Below, one piece after another: positions 26,721-40,520 of a stretch of DNA of 64,000 bases (position 1 is its first letter; every line of letters starts with the position of its first letter). Location of the stretch: NCBI GenBank assembly GCA_015680685.1, contig MNCI01001480.1, positions 1 through 64,000 on the forward strand, in the 5' to 3' direction. Below the pieces are notes generated by a model. It searched no databases, had not been told where the DNA came from, and saw only the letters and a program-made list of their open reading frames with translations. The stretch is from Gnetum montanum (Eukaryota; Plantae; Gnetophyta). Both the position numbers and the translations under genes were made by a program.

Positions 26721-27282
26721 CTATGACCCATTGCAACTAGTTCCTTTTTTATTATATGTGGCTTAAAATAATGGTTATAGGCTTGAGGGTTAGAAAAATT
26801 GGATGTTTAGTGTTATCATTAATGATTTTTCATTATATAAGTCCTACGGTTCTTAACATCCTTACCCTTAGAATACCTTCCAGGTGATAGAAAATTTTAA
26901 CAAATCAGTGCAAAGTTTGCATGCACGCACCCCCCATGACTAAGGTGAACACTTTAGGTTTAGATAGATTTAAATGGTACAAAAATCGAAGTGTTAGAGA
27001 GCTATGACCCATTGCAACTAGTTCCTTTTTTATTATATGTGGCTTAAAATAATGGTTATAGGCTTGAGGGTTAGAAAAATTGGATGTCTAGTGTTATCAT
27101 TAATGATTTTTCATTATATAAGTCCTACGGTTCTTAACATCCTTACCCTTAGAATACCTTCCAGGTGATAGAAAATTTTAACAAATCAGTGCAAAGTTTG
27201 CATGCATGCACCCCCCATGACTAAGGTGAACACTTTAGGTTTAGATAGATTTAAATGGTACAAAAATCGAAGTGTTAGAGAG
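26721..27282. repeat. Near-perfect 281-bp tandem duplication containing the internal PPT-like motif
   Basis: 26721-27001 vs 27002-27282. I found only two differences, both C/T. CTA microhomology at the junction. Confidence 0.95.
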
Positions 27283-27396
27283 CTAGATATCACAAGTGGA
27301 AGATGGAGGTGCAGAGATCTAAGTCACAGGAAAAAATTGTAACAAATCCCCTAGTAACAAATGAGAGAAATGAAGTTCATATTGCACAATGGTCAA

Positions 27397-27447
27397 CTAT
27401 ATATACTTTTTTTCAAACCCGACATTGGGTACACGACATCAAGGTCC
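27397..27447 (-). promoter_or_regulatory. Putative internal promoter of B (TATA plus LTR-like CCGAC..GGGTACACGAC motifs)
   Basis: TATATATAG on the minus strand next to CCCGACATTGGGTACACGACATCAAGG, which matches LTR U3 CCTTGATGTCGGGTACACGACG (23549-23570). Confidence 0.55.
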
Positions 27448-28717
27448 AAAAATTCCAATTTTTATGGGGCTAAGGGATATGCAAACTAAAGCTTTGGGTT
27501 TGATTGGAAGGTTGAAAGTTAAATTTTGTAGTTTGGGTAAGTGGAAAAATTAATTGGGGGCACCAAAAGTAGGATAAGGTGAATTCGTCAATGGTAAAAG
27601 TACAAGAATGAGCAAGAAAAAGGACGTTGAAAGCTTGATTGTGGGATAGGGTATGTTCATGATAAGGGAAAAAATAAAATATAATAATTGGAGTGCATGG
27701 TAGGTGAAAAATGATGTGGTCATGTTAAATAAGTACAAGTCACAAAAGTTACATAAGTGGATCCTCCCCATAGGCACTAGAGGAGTTGAATATAACATGT
27801 ATCTATGAAACAAAACACTCATGTTAAAACCACCAAAGTCAGATAATTACTCCATGTTACACAAAACCACAAGTTATGAACATTTGGACAATGAGATGGG
27901 ATGGACCAAAGAAGGGATGGTAGAAATTGGGAAATGAGGTGTTGTACTAGGGTCATAATGAAAATTGGTGTATTATTAATGGTTAGATAACCATATGTCC
28001 TTCTTTCCAAGATTCAAACCAAGTCCAAACCACCTTCAGTGACATCGCATTATTGCATCCCATCGACAAACAACCATAAGACTATCAAAGTTGTAAGGAG
28101 TAACATCACTTGGCATTTTGTCCAAGGGAGGAGCATTATTATGGCACAATTATTGGGTTTTCTTTGATGGTCTTGAGAAGTCACCAACCTTTAGGCATGG
28201 GTACATGTCTTTTCAATGGGACCTGCAAAAGTTTATTTAATGCTGATTAAAGTTGCTCATACTCCCATTTTTTGTTAGATCTACAAGGATATGGTTACAA
28301 CCTCATCAAAATGATAAAACATATAGAAGCAGCCAAAGAAAATCCAAAAATCCCCTTGATGTCACACCCTTTACATTTTGTTGTTGTTTTGCACTCATCC
28401 ATCTAGATAGAATAATTATGAAGTTATTTAGAGTTTGAATGATGAAAAAGGTTACCATTATGACTAGAGTAAGAACCTCTTATCAATGGAACATGTGAAT
28501 GGATTTCATAGTCTCAATACTCAAATAATTAGTCTGTTATGAATCGACAACATAAAGAAAAAGAAAACCTCACCTCAATGGGCAATATGATCAATAATGA
28601 GATTATGTATAAGGAAAACTAAAAAAAAAACTAGAAAAAATAGAAAAAGTAGAAAGAATAGGAAACAATAAAAAATTATAAAATAAAAAGATAAAAAGCA
28701 CTTAAAAATCTTGAAGA

Positions 28718-31051
28718 TTAGAATGGGGGGTAACCCCCATGACTAAACATTTGGTTGTGGCTAGGATTAATAAGTGGGTGAAAAGGATCCATGCATGTAT
28801 GAAACGTTGGGAACCCTTCATGCCCTAGCCACTGGGTGTTTGTTGGAGGTGTGGTGGTTGGGTAGAAAAATTTTTGGTCACACACTTGATTATTATATGT
28901 ATGGTGGGCCAAGAGATGAGTGGCCCATGATAGCACCCTTGATTATGATATGGTATGCATGGATTTATTTGTCTTCCCATGCTTGTAGATTCATTGGTTG
29001 GATGTGGAATTGGAGTACAAATATATGGTGGCCCTTGTGTATGGTCAGAGGATGTTAGTTGAGACAAGGAAGGTGGTGCACCATATTGGCATTATGCTGG
29101 CTCAGTTGATGTGGTGGATCCATGTGTGGTTTGCCTTGGCTTATGACCTTTCCTTCAGAAGGGATGTTTTCAGTGTTGCAGTTGGGACCCCTTGGTGTCA
29201 ACATGTCTTTGTACATTTGTAGCACAAGTAGCATTCATTGGTTGATATTGAGATGCTAAACCTTCCTGAGTTGCTAGTGATGACATATAAGGAGGTGGAT
29301 GATAAGAATATCAAGGGTAAGTTGAATGGTAAGAAGTTTGAGGTGGTGATCCTTTAGGGGATGTCATGTATTGATGGTACTCGGGAGAGTGGTAGTGGTA
29401 ATTTGAAGTGGAGTATGCATAACTAGTTGAAGAAATAGGGTGTTGAACATAATATTCGTGAGCTTTTGGTGGGTATGGTTAATTTGGTGGTGGCCTCCCC
29501 CATGATTGTGGTTGTTTTCACTGCAGTTGAGGATGTTGAGGCTAGTAATAAGTCCTACTAGGATGGCATGATCAATTGTGGGACTATCTAAAATTACCTT
29601 GTGGGAGAGGAAGTTTCTTGGGCATGTGCTTTTGCAAAAACTTTGGATTTAAGGCACCTACCCAATACTCCTATAGATGCAATGATATGGGGCATTGGCC
29701 CTTCAGATGTTCATATATGCATAAGTCACATCCATCATCTTTGTCTATGGTGGATTCTTTAGCCTCACGTTCGTTAACCCTTTTTTTNTCCATTTACCCA
29801 TTTGGACATCCTATTAAACTTTGCTTCTAATTCATCTAGAGACTCCTTCATTGGCAAAGTCTGTTGGGGGATCACCTTATCAAAGATAGTTTCATTTCCC
29901 TTACCATAAATTTGGACCCCCTTTGATTGAAGAGTTGGATCCCATTGATGTTTTTGACATTCTCCAATGTATACATTTCTCCTTCTTCTTTTTCCATACG
30001 CTCTATTATCTCCTTGATCTGATGGACTTGAAGCTTATATAATTTCCCTGGGGCATACATCCAAAGGGTCACCCTTGTTTCATTATGAAGCCCATATATG
30101 ATGTGGTAAAGTTGATCTTCTTTGTAGAAATCATGGCCTAGGCATCTATTCAACAAGGCATAATATCTATCTAAGTCCATGTCCAAGGGTTCATGTTATT
30201 CTTGTTTCCACTCTTGGATTTGTCTCCTTAGATTGGACACTATTTTATAGGTTTGGTATCTCTCGTTGAAAAGCTCTAGCATTGTAGACCATCGTCAGAT
30301 CGAATTTGGTCTTAATGATCAATACCACACTTCAGCTCTATCAATTAGTGTCCTAGGAAAGAGCTTAAGCTTTGGCCATCTACTTTCAATGTTGTAATAA
30401 GCATAGGCATCATGGAAGGCTTGTAAATGCTGTTGCAGATCTAAATCATAGCCTCTTGCAAACTTAGGGATATTGTTCATGTCAAGCTTAGGTAGATGAC
30501 TCTTTTTGCAATGCCTACAAGATATCTTAATGGCCTCTATGATATGCATTAGGCTCTTAATGGCCAATAAAGATTCATTGTCATCAAACAAATTACGAGG
30601 GAAATTTCTACGTTCATGGTGACTTTTTTGACTTTTCCTATGGGTTTGATTCTGATTTTTAGTCTGACCCTTTAGTGAAGCTCTATCTCTACACCTACAT
30701 TCATCTTTGTTAGAACTATACATTGAAGGGGAAGAAGAGGATGAGGAATAGGAAGAATCACCATGGCTTCTATAGTGTTTCTTTGGGTCCCTTGATTTAT
30801 CTTTTCTAAATTTAGAGGAGGTCCTAGGCCTTGAGGCCTCCCCTAGTTTAGAACCTACATCATCTCTTCTAAGATTGTTTGGCTTAGGTGAATGTAGTCT
30901 TTGAGTGTCGTCAGAGTGGTCATAATCATAAGAAATCCCTACATAAGGTTGATCACTTCAATCTTCTTCATCGTATATTGTATTGTTTCTCTAATGAATA
31001 TGTTTGCTATATTGTGCATTGTCACTTCTGTGTGACGTGTAAGAGAGACAT
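28718..31051 (-). pseudogene. Element B gag remnant
   Basis: IPKFARGYD..QQHLQAFHDA..KLKLFPRTLIDRAEVWY..ALLNRCLGHDF..IYGLHNE (retrotransposon gag pattern of the Athila type), followed by a Cys knuckle and a Pro-rich tail. Confidence 0.85.
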
Positions 31052-32068
31052 TATTCTTGGTTTATGGTGTGTGTGAGCTAAGAGTTTTTGAAAGATATAT
31101 CATTAATTCATTCATAGTGATTGTGTATAATATAACTAATCTAGATAACTAGCACCATCCTCAGCAATGGTGCCAATGATGAGTAGTGAGGTACCCCTAC
31201 GCTCAACTATACGAATTACAAGCATTCATGCACAATCCAGTTGAACTCCATGGATGGGACTAGTTGTAGTATCTAGATCATATGCCTTGATCGCAGTTCA
31301 CTGTCTTCCCACCTAGACTAGTGGTAGCTTTGCCATGTATGGTTTAGTCCAAAGTGAGGCACATGATGTGATTCCTAATTCTATGTTACTCTTGGTGATG
31401 AAAAGAGATAAATTGATTAACTAATAAATAATGGAAACAAAGTTTAAATTAGCCTAAGGTGATGGTATCCAATCTTAATCATCCATACACATCTTGGACT
31501 TTGTGGAGCTACTTCTAGGTTTACCAAGTGTACATCACTAGTCGTGCCAAAGATACACCTCTGGGAGACCAAGTATCTATACTTAAACACTTGTGATTAA
31601 GGTGTATACATTCCGCTTTATAACAAGAATAGTAAATAACAATAAATAAAAATGTTTAACTAAAGAAAGCATTAAATAATTAAAATAACAATATTAAGCT
31701 AAGTAGATGCTGCAATGATGGAAGTAATCTTGATATTTATTACTAGTCAGGTAACGTGTCCAAGTACTTCACACTCAAACAAAGATGCCATACGATTACA
31801 AACATCACACTGTAGGCATGCATTGGAAATAATAGATTTTAAAGAAAAGAAACTAAAAACTAATGATTTCTAAGATATCTCATCTAAAAGCCCAAGTGTA
31901 GTATTTATAGGCAAGGTCCAATTGAGGTGACGTCAGGTATTTGATGTCGGTTATTAGCCTTGACATCGAGTACATGATGTCAGGACTCCAACATCACGTA
32001 TCTAACGTTGGCACCTATCAAATCATAACTCATCATTAGTGGAGTAGGAAATTAAATTTTTTGATCCT

Positions 32069-32531
32069 NNNNNNNNNNNNNNNNNNNNNNNNNNNNNNNN
32101 NNNNNNNNNNNNNNNNNNNNNNNNNNNNNNNNNNNNNNNNNNNNNNNNNNNNNNNNNNNNNNNNNNNNNNNNNNNNNNNNNNNNNNNNNNNNNNNNNNNN
32201 NNNNNNNNNNNNNNNNNNNNNNNNNNNNNNNNNNNNNNNNNNNNNNNNNNNNNNNNNNNNNNNNNNNNNNNNNNNNNNNNNNNNNNNNNNNNNNNNNNNN
32301 NNNNNNNNNNNNNNNNNNNNNNNNNNNNNNNNNNNNNNNNNNNNNNNNNNNNNNNNNNNNNNNNNNNNNNNNNNNNNNNNNNNNNNNNNNNNNNNNNNNN
32401 NNNNNNNNNNNNNNNNNNNNNNNNNNNNNNNNNNNNNNNNNNNNNNNNNNNNNNNNNNNNNNNNNNNNNNNNNNNNNNNNNNNNNNNNNNNNNNNNNNNN
32501 NNNNNNNNNNNNNNNNNNNNNNNNNNNNNNN
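32069..32531. other. Assembly gap
   Basis: N run. Confidence 1.
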
Positions 32532-35500
32532 GAGAGAAATTGCAAGAGCTTATCTACACTACTGATCAATTGGTGCCTTAAAGTGAATGGTGTGTTCATA
32601 TATATAGATATTTGGTGATAGAGCATTCACACATATGTACCAACACATCCATGGATTCATCGATGACCATGCATCAATGGGATTACATCAATACAAATGC
32701 ATTAATGTAGTTTCCTAAAAATAATATTTTATTATACCCCCAGAAATAACTAAAATATTATATCCTTAGGTCACAAAATTGGGATCAAGTTATTTACAAA
32801 ATTTGGAAAAGTATGTGACTAGCACAAGACTCAACGTTGAGTGCCATGTTATGTAGATATCCATATGGTTACAAAAAGGCTATACATTTAAAACATTTTT
32901 TTGGACTTATAACAAAAGTGGTAGATACTTATCTTAATTGAATGGATATGAATTGGGATGAATTATTTACATCATGCCTAGAAGTAGAGGCTTCTATGAT
33001 GTGGAGGATCCTTTATCATGTCCTTGTTTTATTAGTAGTTAAGGCTATCTTGTTGCTACTGAAAATTTGAAGGTGTTCAGGAGTGCATTCATTTTCTCCT
33101 CCTTACTTTGTGGGTCGTAAATGATCTAGGTGGCTTTAGCTAGATGAGATAGTGCTAGTATATCTTACTGCCATGGAATTGTTCAAATCATTTCCTTCAT
33201 ATTGATAAACTAGAGTGCAAACTAATTACATTCAAAGTTAAACATATAGATAAGATTATAGAGTTCATGGTAGTTATTTATTATTTTGTCTTGGTTCTTA
33301 GCAATTGACCTTTGATTTGTAAACTTTCTCTTTAGAACTTCAAATTCAATGTTGGTCATTTTTGGTGTAGGGACACCTCTTTCAATCCTCTTATTCTATC
33401 CTACATGTATGTTTTATAGGTCTTAAGCTTGAAGAAGAAATCTTATTTGAGACTTTGAGGTGATAGGAAATGCCACCCAACCCTTGTCAATCCCCTATGT
33501 ATCTTAGAGGAGTATGTCCTATTAGTGTATGTGTCTTCTTTTGTTAACTTTATTGATGATGATTCATGGATGTTTTGGCATGTTTGGGGGTGTTTTGGAC
33601 TTATTTTGATGAGTTAAAAGGGTTTAGAGATCTATGGGAACTTATTTGGAGGCATTTGAAGGTCCCAAACCTTAAAAATAACATCTTTATTTATGGCCCT
33701 AGCATGTGAGATGTCTCAACTACATCCAATACATCTTACGCAAAACATCTCATGAAAGATGTCTCAACATTGGAAGAGACATCTTGAGAAAATAGTAGAC
33801 ATATTTTTCTAGAACTAGGCTAACTCAAAGACATTTGGGAAGGTTAGAAATAACCCAAATGAGCAAGGAAACATCTAAAATTGGTTGTTCCAATTTGAGA
33901 AACATCAAAAGGAGGCAAGTACGAAAAACAGTGGAAGATCTTCAAGTGGAGCTTGGGGAAGATTTTCTAGGATTTTTTTGTCTTTTTTTAATATAATTAT
34001 GATGTGTGTTTCATATTAGTGTGTCAAAGAAAATACTAATAGGTATGGGTAGAACATCTTAAGAGGATTTAGAGCACCACGAAAAGATCAAGAGCAAGAG
34101 AGACCTCTTGAGGAAGGATAGCTTATGCAAGAAAATTGAGTGAGACAAAAGGAAGGGAACTTGAGAGAGCTTGAAGGAATTTTTTATAAGTAACTTTTCT
34201 TGAGCTTTAGCTCCATGGTGAGCAATTAAGGATTAAGAGGTAATAAGTGTGACCTCTAAAATCCTTGGGAGAGTTGTGAGTTGAGCTTGATTCCTCATAT
34301 TCAATGTACTATTTTCTTTGTAATTTGAAAATTTTCATAATATAAGGGATATTTTTCCATTTTATTGTGTTGTATTATTTTCTAATCTAGATCTACTTGG
34401 AAGTTGTAGATTGGATTTTATTTGGGTCTATTGAGATGCAATCCCTGCACTAGATTGGTATTGAAGTGATGATTTTGAGGTTTCCACAATTTTATATTGA
34501 AGCTTGGTGTTTTATTTAGATAAAAGGGAATTATTATAGATATTTGTGCATTTGATTTTGGATATTATTCTTGTTTCTTTAGATATGATTCTTAAGAAGA
34601 AGACAAATCAAGAGCTTAGACAAGAATGTTAAGAGTTCAATGACATCTTTAAGGCTTTTGTGGTTGAAAAGCAAGAAGTTCTTCTCAAAGTAAAGATCCA
34701 CAAGCATCAAGGTTTTTTAGAAGCTTCAAGAAGGGATATGAAGAAATTTAAGATTAACTTGGAAAATATTTTAAGGAGAATTGAGAGAATATCTCTGAGC
34801 CATCAAGAAGGGATGGAAAATGAAGGGATTGGTGAAGTAGAAATTAATGAGAAAGAGAGTTCTCAAGTATTTCTTATTGATCAAAGGAGTGCTCAATTAT
34901 TAAGGATTTTAAGGGAAGGAACTAAGAGTGTCATCAAAGAAATCAAGAGATCGTAAAAGTTCAAGATGATGTATGCTGTTAATAAAAAAGAGTTCCTACC
35001 TCATAAGTCATGGAAGGTGAAGAATCAAAGTTAAAAGAGTGGAAAAGATCAATCAGCTTCTTCAAAGAGGATCAAGGATAGAACTAGAAGGTATGATACT
35101 CATTCTTTTTGTAATTTTTCTATACCTTATGGTAAGGGAAATGAGATTCTAAGCCAAGTTAAGGCTATCTCATGGGAGAGAGATGAGTCTTCTAGACAAT
35201 ATGTGTAAAAGAATGATTTCTTTGAGATGTTTTTGATGAAACTAATGTTAAGGACATGGAGGAGAGTTTATATTTTGAGTTGGTGGCTCTAAAATGGAAT
35301 GAAGAACTTGTTAATGATTTGTTTAAAGAGGAGAAGTCATTAAAACTAGGAACTCCAATTTGGGATCTTGAACCTTCAATATTTGATGAGATTGGACAAC
35401 AAGATGTTAAAGATAAAGTTGAACCAAAGATAGATGGGAGAAGCCATGAAGAGGTAGGTAAGGATGATATTTATCTTATTTATGATACTAATATCTCTCC

Positions 35501-36024
35501 TTTTGAAGTTTTTGGTGAACATTTGGGATTGCCAACATTTTCCTTTGGTTCTTGGGACTAGGATCATGGGAAACAAAGGTGTTCCTTCAAACTTTAGTTT
35601 AAGTGTTTACTGGTCTTTGGAAACACCAAGGCCTAGATACCTCTAAATAAACTCAGTGGTAATAGAGAAAACTATGTGTCAATGTGTGTTTTATGTTATG
35701 AATGTTGAAATACTTGGGTTAGTATATGAAATTGTAACTAGATATTATAACAGAAATTCAGCTAACCTTGTTGAATACCATGAGTCATTAAAGATTTTTA
35801 TTTTGTCAAGTCACTTAGTCTAATAGTCCCTATAGTATGTTGCTTGAAACAAATAAAAATTAACCAAAATACTTAAGCATAATTTTGCAGAAGTCTACTC
35901 CTAGTTTTTTTTAGAGAGAAAGATCCACAAGACAAATAGAAATAGAGCAAGATTTAATGGATTTTAAAAGAGAAGAGGAAAAAAAATAGATTTGTGTGAA
36001 ATCTCAAATATTTAAGAGAGATAA

Positions 36025-36490
36025 ATTGAACAAGAAGAAAAACTTGAAAATAAAGCTATTTCAGTTCAATCTAAAGTGTTATAAATTGTTCAAACCTTCT
36101 AAGCTCAACAAGCAATTTTGTAAAAGACACTGTTATTAAACTACCAAAACTTTTTGTAAACAAAAAAAATACAAGCTATTATTTGGCTAGTTAAATAGTT
36201 TTCAAGAATTGCAAATAATAGAGCTATCAGACAATTTTTAGCAATTTCAAGATTGAAACATCAAGGAAAAGAATTTGAAAAATTGAAGCTATTTCAAGTC
36301 AATTCAAAATATCAAAGATTTTCTAAACCCTCTAAACTCAAATAGGAAATTTCATAGTAACTTTACTATTAAATTGCTCAAGATGATTTTCAAAAGACAA
36401 CATAAGCTCTTATATGGCAACCAAATAAAAATCTAGAATTGCACAAGAATAGAGCTATAAGAGAAATAAAAAAATTACAAAATTAAATGG
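36025..36490. repeat. Diverged ~232-bp tandem duplication in an unidentified AT-rich insert
   Basis: GAAAATAAAGCTATTTCAGTTCAAT..AAGCTCAA..GAATTGCA..ATAGAGCTAT recurs at ~36045-36230 and ~36277-36460. Confidence 0.6.
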
Positions 36491-37099
36491 CAAGCACAAA
36501 ACTATCTAAACTACTAGCTAAGAAACTAAGAAAAAATGAGAAGAAAAAAAACTCATGGGATTTTTAAAAAGTAGTTGAATTGATGATGTAATTAGCAAGC
36601 CATTCTTACAAGTAATCTTCAATATGTCTTCTTGATTTTCCCCATCCTCTTCTACCCTCAAGCTTTGTTTATATTGGCTTTTAAGTAGTTAGAATCATTA
36701 TGGGAAATTAAAGTGTCTTAAAACCACTATGGTAGTTATTCATAACCATAATATAAATTAATGAAAATTAGTTATAACCACCATAGAAGTTACAACTACT
36801 ATAGGGGAAGTTATAACTACTACAAAAATAAAAGTTATAAGTGGCACTTGTTACATACATATAAGACATTGAATAATTTTCTTCTTTTTTTCTTACAAAA
36901 TAATTTTATTATTTATTATTTTTATTTTCATTTTCATTTTTTGAAAGGTCACAAATATGCCAAATTATACCGTAACAACCATTGGACGGCCTTGTACCTT
37001 ATTGGCTTTTTGCCCCCAAATATCCTCGACATTACGTAACAAATACATAGCTACAAAAAGCAAAAATTTTAAAAAAAATCCAATGTTTTTCCCATTGGT

Positions 37100-37275
37100 T
37101 ATTGACCTATATCTAGTGGTGGGACAACCAGATAACATGGAAGTATCTCTTTAAACCATGGATGTTATCATTGTAAATGTGGGCTCAAAAGTTGGTGCAA
37201 TGGGCCTGCTCGATGGTGTGTGTGCCAACGAGAGTGATAAGGTCATTGAAGGAGATTCCCTAGTTGAAAAAAAGT
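37100..37275 (-). pseudogene. Class III peroxidase fragment (proximal heme-His region), intronless
   Basis: FN*GISFNDLITLVGTHTIEQAHCTNF*AHIYNDNI matches the family pattern GLS..DLVALSGAHTIGQARC..FR..IYND.NI; SGCPTT follows downstream. Confidence 0.8.
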
Positions 37276-38582
37276 TGCATCTATTCTTGATATAGATGCT
37301 TGGTTGTAGTTCAACATCAAAGTTGGAGTAAAACTTAAACAAAAGAAGAAATTTCTAAAAGTAACAATTTCTGTCTAAAAATTGCTTGGAAGTGTCTCCC
37401 ATTCAAGGATCACCACCATCATCAACAACAACATCACCACTATCATGAATAGGTTCAATCTTGACCTCAACCCTAGTCTGAATATCATGAGCATTTTTAG
37501 TTAGGATTTTTGTGGGAACATGAAGTTGAGGATGATGAAGATGGTCCAAGTCCTGGAGAACAAACAATATGTCATGAGCAAGTCTATTGTAGAGAGTCTT
37601 GTTGAATTTCCCCCTCACCACAATGCATAGTAGGAACACATGTTGAGCATTAGGCACCATGGTGGAAGTTAGACTGAGCCATCTAAATCTCCTTAGATGA
37701 TCAAAAATCACCTACACATCGTAACCATAATTACTATTCTTGTTTAATGAAAATTCCATAATTGAAATGCCAACAAGCTTGGACAGAATGTTGAATCATC
37801 TTATTTTGTGAAAATATTGAATGAACATTTTGGCATTTTGGGCACAATTGGCAATGATGCTTTTGTAGCACTAGAAGCAAAGCCTAAGAAACTGGTAATA
37901 CTACATAATGATTTGACTAGATCCCTTTGAGAAATTGAAGGGGAATGTGGACTAATTAGAGCCTAGGTAGTTTATGTGAAAGATGAGAGATTTTGGAAGG
38001 TCTACTACTAATTTTCAGATTGTCCACCCTACTCCTATGTAGAAAAACCTATATTCATGGTTGGTAACATTGATGGTTCTCACCAGGGGTAGCTTGAAAT
38101 CCCATTCAAGCTCTAGGTATATGGATGGTGCCACAAATCCTCCACTTGCTACATTCATGTGGATTGGAGTGTTCCATTCTATGTGTCTATTGTTTACTCA
38201 AGTAGGCGATTTGGGATCTTGCCATCTTCAAATTCTCATTATAAATAGAGCCCAAGATAGCACATACACAACTTATATTCTTGTTTTTCATGTGCAAAAC
38301 CTTGATAGGATCTGTCACGTGGTACCCTTCTCATAGGTTAACCTCCTTTAACTTCACTTCAAAGTATCTTGCAAATTTCTCCCAACAAACTTGAACATTA
38401 GGACCAATGACAATGTTGGGCTTGTCAAAATGCTTCCCCTCAACATTGTGTTTTTTCTGCCACTTTCTCTTGAAGGTTGGGCCTACAAGCATAATGGCCT
38501 TTTAAGACCCCAACATAATGTTGGATTCATGTGGTGATTAATCTGAATTCTATTTCTAGTTTTCTACAGTTACATTGTACCA

Positions 38583-38675
38583 AAAGTTGAAGGGTCAACC
38601 ATTATAGAAGTTGAAGGGTCAACCATTACAGAAGTTGAAGGGTTGGTCATTATAGAAGTTGAAAGGTTGACCATT
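38583..38675 (+). repeat. Four ~23-bp tandem units (GAAGTTGAAGGGTCAACCATTA) in the copia LTR U3
   Basis: Direct inspection; the same array occurs at 42250-42335. Confidence 0.85.
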
Positions 38676-40520
38676 TCGGTTATGGATGGTTTCTTGATGT
38701 ATATTTAGGTCACATTTCCAAACTCTCTTGTAATTTTAATCTACAAAATATATAATGAAACTTTAGTGCGACCATGAATGGATAGCGATCTTGCTAAACC
38801 ACAAAAAATCTATGTGCTTATTTTTCCTATTCTTATTATTATTATTTGCTTGATTCATTTCATAACAAATTGTTATTAGAGCGAGGTTTACAAAGGATTA
38901 GTGAAAGTGATGGCATCCAAGGATGGGAAAGTCAGCATCAATAAGTTTCACGGGATGAACTTAAGGTTTTGGAAGACATAGATTGAAGATTATCTATACT
39001 AGAAGAAGTTGCACAAACCACTATTGGGGAAGAAGCCATATCATATGACCAAAGAGGATTGGGAATTGTTAGATTTCCAGGCTCTTTGGGTGATTTTTTT
39101 GATGTTATCATGGAATGTTGCGTTCAATATCTTCAATGAAAAGATTACTCGGAGTTTGATGAAGGCCTTATTAGATATGTACGAGAATTGATTTTCCTTG
39201 AATAAGGTATATATAATGTGCCAATTATTCAATCTAATAATGTCTGAAGATGCATTGATTATAGATCACATCAATGAGTTCCATGTGATCATGAGTCAAT
39301 TGAGTTATGTGGAAATTGAATTTGATAATGAGATCAAAGTATTGATCTTGTTATCATCACTACCTAATAGCTGGTCTGAAATGATGACCGCAGTTAGTAG
39401 TTTATTAAGAGATCAAAAACTAAATTTTTCTAAAGTTTGAGATTTGATGCTTAGTGAGGATATATGCAGAAGGAAGTTAGGTGAATCTTTGGGTTCTCCC
39501 TTGAGTAATGAAGATAAAGAGAGAAGCCTTTAGTGGGGACAGAATTAGGGCCATGAAAAACCAAAGTCCAAGAGAAGAAGTTGATCCAAAGGTTACAAGA
39601 ATGTTACCTATTGGAATTGTGATAAAAAAAGGCACATCAAAAAATAGTGCATGGAACCAAAGAAAGTAAAGAAAAATCAACATGATGATTCAACGAATGT
39701 AGTTATTGAAGAAATTACTGATGCCCTAGTTTGTTGTGTGGACAATGATATTGAATCTTGGATTCTTGTATCAGCTGCATTATTTCACTCTACTTCTGAA
39801 GAACTATTTAATAAATATGTTTCTAGAAATTATGAAAAGGTTTATCTTGCAAATGATTAGCCATTAAACATTGTGGAGAAGGGTGATGTTTATATAAAGA
39901 CTACCCATGGGAAGCAACTTAAGTTATAGAATATTAGACATGTTCTAGGTTTAAAGAAGAACCTTATTTCTATGGGTCAGATAGATGTCGAAGGATATAG
40001 TATAGTATATGGGGGTAGATCCTTGAAAATAATTGGAGGAAATTTGATTTTTTCTTGGGGAAATAAGGTAGGAACATTGTACACCACTTCAAAATTGAAA
40101 CACACAATGTTAGTGGTTGATATAGAATCAATGTCCATGTTGTGGCATCGAAGGTTGGGTCACATGAGTGAAAAGGGAATGAAGTTGTAGGCCTCATAGG
40201 GGAGATTAACAAACTTGAAGTTTCTTAATGTTGGTTTATGTGAAAGCTGTCTTTATGGGAAGCAAAAAAGAGTTAGTTTCTCAAAAGTTGGAAGAACATC
40301 AAAGATCAAGAAGTTGTAACTAGTACATATAGATGTATGGGAACTAGCCCCTATGAGTTTCCTTGGTGGCTTGTGCTATTATGTCACATTCATTGAAAAT
40401 TCTATGAGAAAGGTATGGGTTTATTTTCTTAAAAATAAATATAATGTGTTTTCAACATTTAAAATATGGAAGGCTTCTAGAAAACCAAACTAGTTTAAAG
40501 GTCTAGTGTTTGAGGTTCAA

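Larger units (their letters stand above)
22769..32035 (-). mobile_element. Element B: full-length pol-less Athila-like LTR element (gag + ORF2)
   Basis: LTRs 22769-23626 and 31177-32035 (TGATGAG...CTCATCA). PBS TGGCACCATTGCTGAGGA at 31175-31158 (decayed Athila tRNA-Asp-type TGGCGCCGTTGCCGGGGA). PPT TAGTCATGGGGGTA at 23640-23627. Decayed TSD CAAGT/TTAGT. Confidence 0.92.
20690..32068 (+). mobile_element. Element A': plus-strand A-family copy (LTR end, PBS, gag, protease), interrupted by B at 22769-32035
   Basis: LTR 3' end at 20876, PBS remnant TGATAACAAAGC 20879-20890. gag from 20967 (MTYKKKSK..EYLNGNEEVP) is homologous to the ORF at 17677-17471. Protease KVDALLDKSVSYNFV at ~22600; the frame continues VK|WSRKLNF after 32040. 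Confidence 0.8.

Noticed and set aside
32036-32626. Long ORFs across N runs (also 8348-8769, 40506-40998)
   Set aside because: Artefacts of assembly gaps translated as X.
38583-38675. Regular 23-bp repeats resembling a CRISPR array
   Set aside because: Units are contiguous with no unique spacers, lie in both copia LTRs, and the context is eukaryotic with no cas genes.
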